Part shown: positions 1 through 12,300 of the stretch, one piece after another | How the letters are laid out: each line of letters starts with the position of its first letter | Numbering within the stretch: the first letter of the stretch is position 1 | Source of the DNA: Raillietiella orientalis | Taxonomy: Eukaryota | Reading direction: 5' to 3' | NCBI GenBank assembly: GCA_036172245.1 | Contig: JAYWIR010000063.1 | Coordinates: 248,001 to 312,000, forward strand | DNA: 64,000 bases | Notes under the pieces: model-generated | Seen by the model: only the letters and a program-made list of their open reading frames with translations | The model's database searches: none | What the model was told of the DNA's origin: nothing | Position numbers and translations under genes: made by a program

Positions 1-779
1 CTCAATCAACCAGAAGATTACCTGGAGGTACTTTGGCTTTCATTTCTCGATAAGTTAAATGTCACCACGAATTCATTTTACGTGGAAGCTGCCCCCTCCG
101 CACTTGCAGCTTCCCTGCCTGAAAGCCCCAAGCCGTGCCCGAAAAGCGGGCGCGAGCACGGCGCCAACTCGAAAACCCACCGCAGAGCACCCCATCTTCG
201 TGCCACACGAGGATGGGGTGCTCTGCCACACGAAGATGGGGACCGCGACCCGACGCTACGTTCGCAGCATCCCGGATCCGCGTTTCCGAGTGCGCGCGAG
301 AGCGTGCAGCTGCTGCCCGACTTACGTCCGCCCGTTTGCGGCCCTTCCTCGTCCTCGCTGCCCGCCGTGCCTCCGGGGGAACCCGAAGATGCCCTTTTGC
401 TCACGCAGCCCGGATGGTCGCCCGCATCCATGCCTTCCGCAAGGTGGTCGCCGGATGTGGCGCCATCCTAACTCCATCCCATGCGCCTCCCAACAGAACA
501 GGGCTATTTTTACACCAACAATCGGATGCGCGCGAACCATGACAACGCGCGCTCGACGGGAAGCTACGCAACCTGGCCGTCGGCAAGGTAACGGACGCAA
601 CCGATACCGCTGCCACGGTGGAATCGGCTCTCCGTTCCCGCAAGGTGATCCGGGGGAACGCCGGATCATGGCGCGTGGGAGGGGACTTTTCTTCTCCTTG
701 CAGCTCTCCCGAGCGCGCGCGCGCGCTGGCAGGCGCGGGAGGGGGGGGGGGAGGGGGCAAGCAGCAGCAGACGCAGCGC

Positions 780-1900
780 GAGCCTTCGGACTTTTGCTGT
801 TTCCCTCGGGGTTGCGAAGGGCCGCGCCGCGGAGGTGACGACGCCACGGCCTTGGGATGCGCAGCGGAGGTGAGGCGAAACTTTCGTGCAGAAGACCTCT
901 GAGATGCGAAGCGATGGCACGAGTGCTCAGCTTCCGGCTCTTCTTCCGGTCGCTCCTCTTGTGGGAAGCAGACGCGTGCGGATGAATCTGTGAACGTCAG
1001 GTGGTCCCCATTTTGCAAAAGTCGCTCCAGGAACTGCTCAGTCGGGCGCAGCGCGCGTCCCAATCCAGATGCTTCTTCATCAGGAGCTGCCACGCTTCCT
1101 CGCTCCGTGCAGCAACCCCCGCAAAAAAGCGAAATTGTGCTGACCTCGTGCTGACCACATCAACAACCATCACGACCGATCTGAACTGCCGGTTCTTATC
1201 ATTGGAACTCCCAAACGGCTCCTAATCTTAATGAGTCTTCCCTTCCGATGGTCCGCGGGCTCCGCGCATCCTCCACTTGTTCCACTTGTCCTGGCTTCCC
1301 AGACGTGTCTCCCGGCCTCAGCTTGCCTCGATCGTCTTCCGCGGATGTCAGAAGAATCTTCTTCAGCAGTCACGACCACCTCGCGAAGAGTTTCCTGGGG
1401 TCGCGTTCCGATGGCACCATCCGGTGAGGACAATCGCCTGAAGCATCTGGCCATGACGAAGCCTCATCCGGCAGCCTCACGAGACCAAGGCGGCTTCTGT
1501 TCTCTCCCCTCTCTCCGCAGGGGTGTCTCTGGACCAGCCAGTGATTTGCAGCGGCGTCTTCGCCATCCCCCTTATCCAGGCATTACCCGCCCATTTCCCG
1601 TCTTTCAGCGGCCTGGAGGTTCGACAAGCCGACTTTCTCCCATCCACTGCGTTTCGCCTTTCGGACGGCACCTGAGCTTCGTCTGGCGCGCCGCTCCGCG
1701 CGAGGGTCGCTCCTGTCCCTCGAGGGCAAGCGGTGAACTTTGCTCCAGCGAGTTGCCCTTTCCGATCGCAACGGAGGAACGCTCTCCACTCGTGACTCCG
1801 TCGGGAGAGAATCGGGAAAATAGGGAGCGGCGCCGAGCTCCCGGAAAACAGACGCAGCAGTTCATTCGTGCCCAGGTCGAGTTCTTCACGCGTGCTCTCT
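780..1900 (-). mobile_element. Decayed BEL/Pao-like LTR retrotransposon pol fragment
   Basis: Minus strand reads WQLLMKKHLDWD...WSDFC, resembling the Pao LQxLWxxKLDWD...W region, then a degenerate HxFxDAS-like segment. Contains frameshifts and stops. Confidence 0.45.
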
Positions 1901-2089
1901 GAGCTTCCATCTAAAATTCTATTCTCCAGTGTGAGGGTGGGGGGACAAGCACGCTTCAGGGAGAAGATTTTTTCCACGGGGAGGATCTCCTCCCAGTCCC
2001 CGAGAAATGGAACAGCACCGCAGGATCAGTAAATCATCGTCCAAGTGAGTCGTCCACGTCCGCTTGGGCATCCGTGATGCGCGGCACCA

Positions 2090-2665
2090 GACGTCCTTCG
2101 CCCGGGGGAGAAGGGTCGACAGCGAGAACGTGGGGTATGTCGTGGGTTTAGAGTCCTTCCCCCCGCAAGATGGCGCTGGTTGGCTCACTCGGGTATGGAG
2201 GCACTAGTGGAAGGAGGCCGGATGCCTCCGTTGACAGGCCGGGATTGGAAGTCGATCTTCCGGGATCCTTCCAGGAATCGAGGAGCCCTTCGTCCCCCCA
2301 CTCCTGTTGTGGATAGGGAGTCATCCCCTCCCTCTCGAGGGAGGGACCCTCCATCGCGTTCCATGGAGCTGGTTGATATCCCCCTCGGTGGGCTGCAGGT
2401 CCAGTGTGTCTTCCTTTCCGGGTTTTCTTCAGAGCAGGAAGAAAGGAATGAGAGGTTCCCTTCCGGATTCCCTCCGGAGCAAACCAGGGCGGATCCCTCC
2501 CAATCTTAAGAGGAAGGGACCCCTTCCTTCGGAGCCTTCCTGGATTCCTAGGGTTGTCCCTCCGAGGCTGAAGAGTTACTATTCGCGTTCTCTGGTGGCG
2601 TGTACTCTGCTTAAAGAGCTCTACGAGCCCCCGCAAGGTGGCCAACGGTTCTTTGAAGTCCATCG
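2090..2665 (+). mobile_element. tRNA-derived SINE-like repeat, copy 1
   Basis: Degenerate B-box (gggtttagagtcc) then caagatggcgctggttgg...ctggttgatatcccc...ggtggccaacggttct, shared with four other copies. Confidence 0.55.
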
Positions 2666-3227
2666 TTAACAAATCTGCATTTTATCCGAGGTCTTCCCCA
2701 CCTGAAATGAGGGTGGCTCGTGCCACTTCAGGGCACGGCAGGGATGGATCCAGAGCTCGGCCTCGGGCTCATGGCATTTCATCTGCCCAGTTGAGAATCT
2801 CCGGCGGAAGAGAAGTGCTGGGCTGTCCTACCACATCACGTCGTCATTCTCCTGACGACCCAGTCACATCGGGAAGTTAGGGTCGCTCCCCCACTCCTTG
2901 CCGGACCCTCTTCCGCATCCCTCCGAATTTTCTCCCCGCTCGTTCTGCTCTCCTTCGCACCCTCCTGAAAAAAAAAAAAAGGAAATAGCAAGGGCCCTGT
3001 GTCAGCAGAGATGCTGAACCCAATGGAGCTGGTTGGGCAATCTGGCATTCTTTATCGTGTTCCTCAGTGGAGGTTCGGTTTGTTATCAGCGACCACCCCG
3101 CTCCCTCCACGCAGTTCTGCAGGATGCCACCGCCAATCTTATCTTCAGGGCCTTGTCAGCACGACGTGAGTCACGGGACCACGGCGGTCTTTCGAGGCGC
3201 AGTTCCCGGCTCCCTCCTCCGCCAGAC

Positions 3228-3306
3228 ATGGTGCTGGAGCTGCGAAAGATGATGATCGCCAGCTACTTCCTGCTGCAGCATTTCGTGTGGTCCCTGACGC
3301 CGGAAG
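3228..3306 (+). CDS. Putative first coding/signal-peptide exon of the aGPCR ([26 protein letters not shown])
   Basis: Pyrimidine-rich cag acceptor at 3225, ATG at 3228, hydrophobic stretch, G|GTGAGT donor at 3307. Phase 1 matches the next exon. Confidence 0.5.
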
Positions 3307-6300
3307 GTGAGTGGGTGTAGACACTGCCAACCAGGACCCGTTTGGCCGACCCGTCTTTCCTCCCGCGTCCACCCGGCTTCCGCGAGCGGCTCGGCCGGCT
3401 GCCCCCTTTCACAGGGGCAAGGGAGAGAGTTTTCTGGCGGGCTGGTGCGCGCGCGCACGCGGGGAGGGGACCTCTGGCACATCCCACGGACGCTGCTCGC
3501 TCGCTCGGCCGGGTCGGTCGGGAAATCTCCGTGCAGCATCCCTGGGTTGTGGGGTCCCGGGAAGGGCCGTGCGGACATGGCCCTTCCACGCAGGCACTCC
3601 TCTTTGCCTGAGAAAGCCGTCCCCGCCTTCGCTGCTGACCTTCGGCCATCGCCTTCCGGTCAGGCCTTGCCGCCCCCGTCGAGCGATCTCCGCGCTTCCC
3701 ACGCCGGCTGCGAGAGCCGTGCCTACGCATGGCGGCGGCCGGAACCACACCGAGATCTCCTCCTGCTGGCTTCCGCGCCGGATGTCTCCGAGGAGAATGC
3801 AGGCGCTTCCGCAGCGGCGCCTCCCGTCACCTGGCCTGAGCGGGGGGGAGACTTCCAGCAGACGCGCCTGGCCGTTTCGATCCGCCTCCGGGACGCGCGG
3901 CTTGGCGGCGGGAGATCCTGCGGGAGGGCAAGTTCTGCTCTCCCGCAGGATGGCGGAAGGAAGGCGGGTGACCAGGTCGCAAGGAGGAAAAAATGGCCGG
4001 CAGGAATGGATCGCCGCGAGTCGGAGGAACCGGGGACTCCGACAGTGAAGCGGCCGATGAGGTGGGCGAGATTGCGCGAGTGGTCCAGAGGCTGGGGAGG
4101 CTGGGTCTTGCTGCATCGCTCAAGGGCGTGGCGTAGTTGAAGAGGGAACCACGGAACGAGGAACCGCAAGGAGGCACGTATTCGTTCCCGACTCCTTTCG
4201 TCAGTTGCAGACAGACAGCAGCGGTGACTGCAAATCGGAGGTGCTGCCGGAAGATCCGTTTCCAGGAAACGACACGGCTTCCTCCTTCCCTCCTTTTGCG
4301 AAGGAAGAGGTCTAGGAGACTGAACCCTCAACGGTGCGTCCGTGGCTTCTTGCTGGAATTCCCGCACCGAGGTCCCGCTCTTTTCCTCTTGCTCCCTTCA
4401 AGGGCATATTTTTTCATGGTCGTTTTCTGGAACCGCCCTTCCCTACCGCGTAGTTCCTCGGGCGCACTCCGCAGCAGCGCGTTCGGGACGAGATGGCCTC
4501 CTGCAGAGAAACCGCTCGCCCTGCTTCCGCGCGAGCACACGAACGCGTTCCTCGTTGAACACCCCACCTCTCTCGCCGGCAGGCAGCTTTGCGTGCTTCC
4601 CGCGAAAGCTGCTCGTTGGCCAGGTAACGGACCACCTACTGGTGAGAAAGGGCGCCTTTCACCTGGGTTGCTGCCGTTAAGCATCTCGGCTGTGCTCGCG
4701 CGTTCGAAGGCAGTGCTGGCAGCCCTGCGTTGTCGCTGATCCGCTGCGCCTTGCAAGGAATGGCGGGCACGTGCTGCAATGCGTGACCACGGACGTTCGT
4801 TCCAGGCGATTTCGGTTGCCAATTCCGACTCGACGTGAGACCGCAGACGTGGGTCGGGGGACGCAGCTCTCGAAGGATGCGAGTCATCTCATATTTCTTG
4901 AAACGCGGCCAGCATCCCGCCCGAACTCTCACGAAAGTGTGGTCAGACACCGGATCCCGCCTTCCTTTCAAGCGCTTCCTTGGAGCGCGCGGGCGGACTG
5001 CAGACGCAGAGGAGGCGCTGCTGGCGCCCGGGAGAACGTCGGAGCATCGGCGAGAGGGCAGTGCGGAAAAGGGGACGAGAGTGACCCGTGGCGGTCGTGG
5101 GAGTGCGAACCACCTCTCTGAGACCCACGCTCTCTGCGCTCTCGGCGGCGGCCACTGCTGGGGAGACGCTGCCCGCGGACGAAAGGAGTGACCCGGCCTC
5201 CTCGGAGGTCCGCGTCCCGGGCATCGCCGGAAAGACACGGCGCCATGCAGGCACCATGCGCGGTCGGCACTTCGACTCGACCCACGAGCTTTTTGGCCCG
5301 CCTTAGAGGCCGTGCTGCTTGCGGCCTCTGCGCGGGTTCGAATCTCTCCCCCAGGATGGCGCTGGTGGGCCCATTCGGCTGCGGCGGCACTGGTGGAACC
5401 TGGGAGCCCCTGCTGACCAGCAGGGATTGGAAAAGGACCCTCCGGGTTCCTCTCAGGAATCAAGGAACTGGTTGGTTCCCTTCGGGGTTCCTCCGGTTGG
5501 GAAAATGGGGCCGTTACCATGGTGCTGGTCGACCGCCCTCGGGGTTCCTTGCGGATACGACCAGGGCGAAGAGCGATAAAGGAGCGGACGCTGCATCCTT
5601 GGAACACGCAACCTCGGGCACCATGGACGGCATCAAGGAGCTCCGTGAGCCCCCAGGCGAAAGTCCGCGAGTGCTCTGCGCGCTCACGAGCGGCCCTCCG
5701 GTCGGAAGTTCCACCCCGCCGCTGCCGCCGCCTGCTCCTCGAAATGGCGGTGGCGGGAGCGCGGGGAGCAGGGAAAGGGGAGGGGGAGTCGGGCTGATCG
5801 GGTGGAAGGGGGTTGCTGCGGGCGCGCCCGGCCCGGAGGGTCACCAGGACGTCAACGCGCTTCCCCTCTCGCGCGCCCCCGCAAGGCGGAGGAGGCGCCG
5901 CCTGCCTGTGTCCCCCCTCTCCATGTGGCCGCGAAGTGCACGACCACGACGGGAAACGCCGAGTGGGAGGGCAGTGCAGCCCGGGCTCCCCCCACACGGG
6001 AAGCCTCCCACAGCCCGGCGGCGAAAGTGGGACGTGGCCACTCCCTTCGAAATCCCCACGGAAACGACTTTGCCGCCGGCGGACGCGCCTCCGAGGAGCT
6101 GCCGCCACGCCCGAAGTGACCCCTGAAAGGGACTCGTGCGTTCGACCCCCCAGTCGGTCGCGATCCAACGACCCTCTGGCCCGCGGCAACGCAGCAGCCG
6201 GGCGAGCAACCATTTGCCAGAGAAGCCGGAGCTCGGGGACTCCATCCCCCGGGGCACAGGTTCATGGCGCCCTCCATGCAAGATGGCGGCTCGACCCAGA

Positions 6301-9300
6301 GGACGCCCTTGCGGCTCGCACCCCAGCGGGTTTCGACAACGCCGGAGACGAGCCGATCGTTGCCTCCCTCGGGTCCCCCTTGTTGCCCCCAGCAACGACC
6401 GAGCGTGACACAGGGAAGCTTCCCAGCGCGCCGCGAAACGCGCCGGCAGGAAGTTGGCGACGCCCTGTAGGCCACCATCCCGAACGCCGGAATCCCCAGA
6501 GATCACAAAAAGCAACCGCGTCTGCTTGTCAGGGTTACCACCTCCATTTATTCACACATCAATCCACTTCATAAAGATCGAAAAAAATATGCTCATTATG
6601 TATACATCAAATACATGGCTGTAAATGCATATATACATTACACGTATTAGCATGCAGTTGTACATAAATATCCAATTGTAAACACATATTTATCCTGAGA
6701 TCAAAATCTCGAAAATACAATTCACAAAATAAATTAAATAAATATATAATTCGATATTTGTGCAATCATTTAATTAATCATCAATGTATAGTACCATTAA
6801 TGCATAGCATTTTTAATATAGAATCTTTAATATATACCGTCTTTAATATATTAAATAACCACGTGTGCTTATATAAATAAGCATACGTGTTTATTTTTTA
6901 TCATCTTCACGATGTATATATAACACACATATATTTTATTATATAAATTATGTACACCTTTATCATATATGTCAATAAACATAAATACATACAATCTATA
7001 TGTCAATAAATATCATCAACATATTAATATAGATGATATTTATTAAGATCTAAGTATTAATGCATATTATGTGTATAATAATAAATGTTCAACGTATATT
7101 ATACACCGTACTAATTATATGAATAAATAGGTATATTTGAATAAATTTGTGTTGTATTAAGCTATACGTATTTAATACCCGCAGTAAGGATGTATTTCCT
7201 GCTTTCGACGCGCGGGGTTTCCATGGGTACCGCGGCGATAGGGCAGCCAGCGGTCCGCAAGCGGCGGTCGCCGCGTACGATCGGGTGAGAGGGGCCTTCT
7301 CCGGGCTGCAGACTCACCGTTCGCAGGAAAAGGACGAACATCCCGGCCCTTTGGTACTTCCGGGAGGAGCGGACGGGAACCGGGACTCCGGCAAGGCGAT
7401 CCTCAGGTTCCGGCAACGCCTCTCCCGCTGTCGCCGACGCGTTCCTTTCGGGATCCTCGGCGGAGAGTCTCCGGCGAGGGGCCGGGGGCGCCCTGACCGC
7501 CGGGCCCGACTTATAGAGGACCTCCCGCGGCAGCACACAACAACGGGCGCTCCCCCGGTAGCACCCGGCTCGTGTCATCCGCCATACCCGCTTGCCTCCG
7601 AGAAGCTCTCATCCGACAAGGCACCCAGTCGCCACGCGGGGGGCGGCGGGCTGCGCGGCGCTCTTCACGTCCATGTGGACGTCCCCTCGCCGAGTCAGCC
7701 CTGCGTCCAGCTTCCCACCGGCCGGGGAAGGGAGGGGCGGAGCAGGGGAGCGGGGGGGAGGACGGCCGTCGCCTTTCCCTCTGCGCCGCCGCGACTCTTT
7801 CCGACCGCTTGCCGGCCGCTCTTGTCGCGTCCGGCAGCAGAGAAACGCCCTAGGGCAAAGCACCTTCCAGGCACCTTCCTCCCCCTTTCCACACGCTGGC
7901 CCTCCCGCACTGCCCCGAGAATTTGGCGGCGCCTCCACAGTTTGCTCTTGGGTCCCTATGAGCCTAGTGGCGCCCGCGCGAACATCCCCCTCCCCCCCCA
8001 CTTCTGCAGTTGCATCCGATGACCTTGAGAGAGTACCTTCCGATGCCCGTCAGTTAGCAGGCGTGCACGCCGCGGCGCTGCGCGTGCGACGATGCGCGAG
8101 CGGCCTCCACGGTTTCCGCCGGAACACTTCTCGCGCCCGGCTCCAGAGCTATGGCGCGCCAGCTGTGGAGGCGGACGAACCGAGACGGACTGGCCACCTA
8201 GGTCGGTGACTCGTCTCGAAGAACCTCTGGGCACCGTGGCGATCAGCAGCAACCCAGGGCTGCCAGAACCGCCTTCCAACGTGCGAAGAGAGCCGAGAGC
8301 AATATGGGCCAGGGTGGAGGTCGGGAAATCATTCCCTGGGATGAGTTCTCGGGAGCGGAACTTGACCGGCGCTCCGGCTGGGGTGTGGATGAACCCCAGC
8401 CACACGGGAAACGCAGCAAGCGGATGCGTTTGAAACGCGGCGGACGCGTTCCGCGTTGCGCGCGAGAGCCGTGGATCGCGCGTGCTTGCTGGCGATGGGT
8501 CCCCGAGCGTGGTGGAAGCGGGGCGGTCGCCGGTCCGGCTCGGAGCGAAAGGGGGAGAAGAAACGAAAGTGAAATTTGCGTCCCGCGTGTGTTGCGCGGG
8601 TCGTTGGCTCGCATCGCGGGTGGCTCCGCGGGTCCGCGTGGCGGTTTCCCGCGCCGCGCCATGAGAACCCCTGCGTGAGACTCCTCCCGGCATCGCCGCT
8701 CCCTCTGTTCTCGCGCGAGAGGAGGTAGGGGGCCGGGGAGGAGGTAGATTCAAGGGCCGGACGCTTCGTTGTGGAGCGACCACGCATGAGTTCCCCCCCA
8801 TTAATGGAGAGGGCATGGGTGGGTCCCCCGCCGCCCTTCCGGTCATCTTGCCTTCCTTGAGCGCTGCTTCCAGTTTCAGTTTTCAGCCTCCAGCAAGTCC
8901 GCTGCATTCTGACCGCGGAGACAGCGATGCTGGAGTGGACGTGCAACGCGGACGAGGTGCACGCGTACTCCATACGGCTGGTCAGCTCCCACGCATCCTA
9001 CACCGTCCGCCTCATGCCCGAACTGCCTCAGGGAACGTACCGCAGCGTCTTCCCGGTGGGCATCTGCCCGGTGAGGGACAAGCTGAGCGTGAAGATCTCC
9101 TCGGAGGACACCATGGACATGGGTGAGTCGGAGGTGCCCCCATCTCACTCCCCGGGGGCGAGCCCTCGTTCCCAGAATTTTTCGACCTTGACGAGGACTG
9201 CAGCGGCGAATACGCAGCGCCGAGGTTCCTCGAGGTCGAGGCCGGTGGCAACGGCTCCCTCTTCGTGTTCCACAACTACCGGAGCTACGCCACCGCCTAC

Positions 9301-12300
9301 TCGATGGACGACATGCGCTTCTATGCGGACTTCCAGTGCGGGACAGAGAGCTTCAAGTTCTTCTTCGAGGAGACGACGGACGAAGCCGTCGAGGTGAGAG
9401 ACCAGGAGCACTGCGACCTGGGCATTTCCATGCGGCAGGACGACGATGAGAAGCACTACGTGCTGGCCAAGAGGACATTCACTTCCGGTGAGGGAGGCCC
9501 CGAAAGGGGGACCCTGGGGAGATACGTCGAACGGAAATCCGGGATTCGTGCGTGCGCTCTTCCTCTTCTTCCTCCTCCGCGGCGGCGGCGACGTCTTCCT
9601 CCCGGTCCGCTCGCCAGCGCCCTGCGGGTCCCTCGAGAGCGACTTCGCGTCTTCCGGATCACCTTCCTGCATGCTGGTTTTCCGGGACGGCTCCCGGAAC
9701 ATACGGACGCCGCCGGACCGAGCGCGGGATCCAAAGCGCGACTTGGGTTCCCGACGTCCAGACGTCCGTCGTGGTGCGCGAAGGTTGGCTGCCGGCTGGA
9801 ACAGCGAGGCCCCAGAACGGAACTGATCTTCTCCGGACCCGCCCCGGGGAGGCTTGCCGCATCGTGGGAGCTTCTACGACTCTTTTCCGCCGCGTCCCCG
9901 TCCTATCGCTAAAGGAGGGCATCCGCTCTCTAGTCGACCGGAAGCACTGCTTTGGGGTAGCTCGAGAACCTGGATGGTACGTCACGTGACTGGTCGACGA
10001 GGGAGTGGCTCTCGCAATTCCTGGGAGGGCATTCGGACTCCCCACTCCCGACTGTCGCCTAGCAAGCGGAAGGCCAAAGCTGGCGTCGAGAGCACGCCAA
10101 TCCGATGCAGAGCCTCCGCCATCTCGCGGGAGGACGGGGAACCTGCGACGCGTCCAGCCCGGCGCCCGTCCTTCGCGGATGCCGCGCTAGGTGACGCGCG
10201 TGAAGGCGCGTCGCTCGCGACTGGTGAGCGGAAACCGAAAGCGTCAGCCGCGCAGTTGTGGTCTCAGAAGTTCGGAGATTCGAACCCTCCCATGAGCTTG
10301 GCGCCTTCGACGGCCCTGGAGCTGCTCAGCACTCACGGACCCCTGTGGGTGTCGGGAGTCGTGGAGGGGGACGACCCCAGGCGGATGAGCGGACCGCTGC
10401 CGCGAAGTTCAGCCTCGCCGCGAGATGCGCGCAAACCTCGGGGGGCGGGTCAGCGCCCTTCGAGCTGTACCTGGAAACCACGGGTGACATCCTCTGGTTG
10501 TGCACCTTGGCTCCGGAGGCTGTGGACCCCGTGACCGCCGTGGGTTCGAATCCCAGCGTGTGCGTGGTCGGTTTCGAAGCTTTTCGGCAGAGTGGCTCTG
10601 GTTGGCCCACAATCGGGTGCGGCAGTGGTGGAAGAGGCCGGATTCCCCGTTGACTGACCACCGGATCTGGTTGATACCCCCCTAGGGGGTCGCCTCTCCA
10701 GAGTGTCAGAAGCGCGCTGTTCCCTTCCGGGCTAGCTTCAGAGGAGGAAACCGGGAGCGATTCCCTTGCGGGTTCCCTTCGGAGAAGAAATTCAGGAGCA
10801 GCACCTTTCCGTGTTCTCTTCGGAGAAGAAGCGAGAAGAGGACCCCGAGGTCTCTCCAAAGGGAGCTAGGAAGAAGACGTTTCCCCCGGCCTTCGGGGTT
10901 CCCTTCGGAGACAACCAGGTCGAGGGTTCCCTCCCAGGTCTTCCTGGATCCACAGAGTGGTCCCTCCAGGGTCACTCTCCAGCTTGAAGGGTCGCACGCA
11001 CTGCCAGGTGGCGTGGACAGTGTCAAGGAAGAGTTTCTTGAGTCCTCCGTGAGGTGGCGAACGGCTTCTGAGCACTCCTTGGGAACCAGAAAAAGAGAAA
11101 AGAAATTCCGAGGGAGGCTGCAAGGAGCCAACAGATGGACGAGCGAAGGCCGTCGCCGCTCGCCGCACGCAAGCAGGAATCGCACTGATATCCTCCTCTT
11201 CCTGCTCGTCCCTCCCTTCCTTCTTCTCTTCCTCTGCTCTTACTTCCTTTCCCTCTCCTTCCCTCCTCCTCCCCCTCCCTTCCTCTCTCCTCCTCCGTCC
11301 TCGTTTTTCTTTAGTTCTTCCTCCTTTGACAGCTCGCAAAGCCAGACTGAACGTAATGAGCCACTTGAAAGTGACCCCCGTCCACTGTAGCTTGGAGAGG
11401 GTCTGCCTATCCTGCATTGTTCGGGACAGCTGACAGTTCCTTCCGGATGCTGGCTGCGTCCGTTGGTTCGGCAAGAGGCATCGGTAGCAGTGGATGGGCA
11501 ATGCGAGGTTGGCGCCATCGTGCGGGACGCAGCGACGCGGCTTCCGCCAAGCGCGGGTCGCGCAGTAACCCGGCACGCGCGTCGGTAGCAGGCAGGGCCG
11601 CGTGCGCCATCACGCGGGAGGACCGGACAACGGCGGAGACATCCGGGAGCCGCCCGGTCGGCCCAGCAATCCGTGGTGACCTTCCAGCGAGCTTCGGCGC
11701 TTCTGGCGCCGCTCAGGCTCTCTCGTCCTGGCTCTCCGGGCCCGCTCTTCCCTGGGGGATCGGGAGAGAAGAAGGAGGTGGGGGAAGAGGGAAGGGGGAG
11801 GTAGATGTGACGACGATTCCCGCGAGGACGTCCCAGCGAATGTCGTTTCCTTTTCTTTTCCTTTTTCCGGTTCGCTTGAAGCTCTCTTCATCGAAAGCTG
11901 CTACATGGAGGACCCCCGACCCTGCTTCTGGTTCTCGCAGGGGCTCATGCAGACCAAGTGCCCTGCTGGGTACATACTGTTCCAAAAAAAGTGCTTCCGG
12001 CTACCCGCCGAAGGGGACATCCATCCGATCGACTACATGACCTACCCGGACGCTCTGAAATTCTGCGAGGCCAACGGAGGGCGCTTGCCCCTGGCAAGCG
12101 TGGAGGAGGAACTCCAGGCCCAGCAGTTCATCGCGGCCTACTACCCGCAGCTGATCGCCCTGCCGGCCGACGTGACCCCCGACGTGTGGATATGGAGTGG
12201 TCAGGCGCTGGACGAGTGCTTCGTCTTCCGGGGGTTCGGCTTCACCCCGACCGAGAAGTACAAGCGCGCGGGCACCTCTCCCTGCTACGACACCAACCTG

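Noticed and set aside
5290..5350. tRNA genes at GGTTCGAATC motifs (also 10542, 17215, 42370)
   Set aside because: No complete cloverleaf or acceptor stem; the motifs run into a shared repeat body.
10640..11100. HDV-like ribozyme or deltavirus-like element (purine/pyrimidine blocks, ggcgaacgg)
   Set aside because: I could not build the nested double pseudoknot by eye; B-box head and A-rich tail fit a SINE better. An Infernal search with HDV models would settle it.
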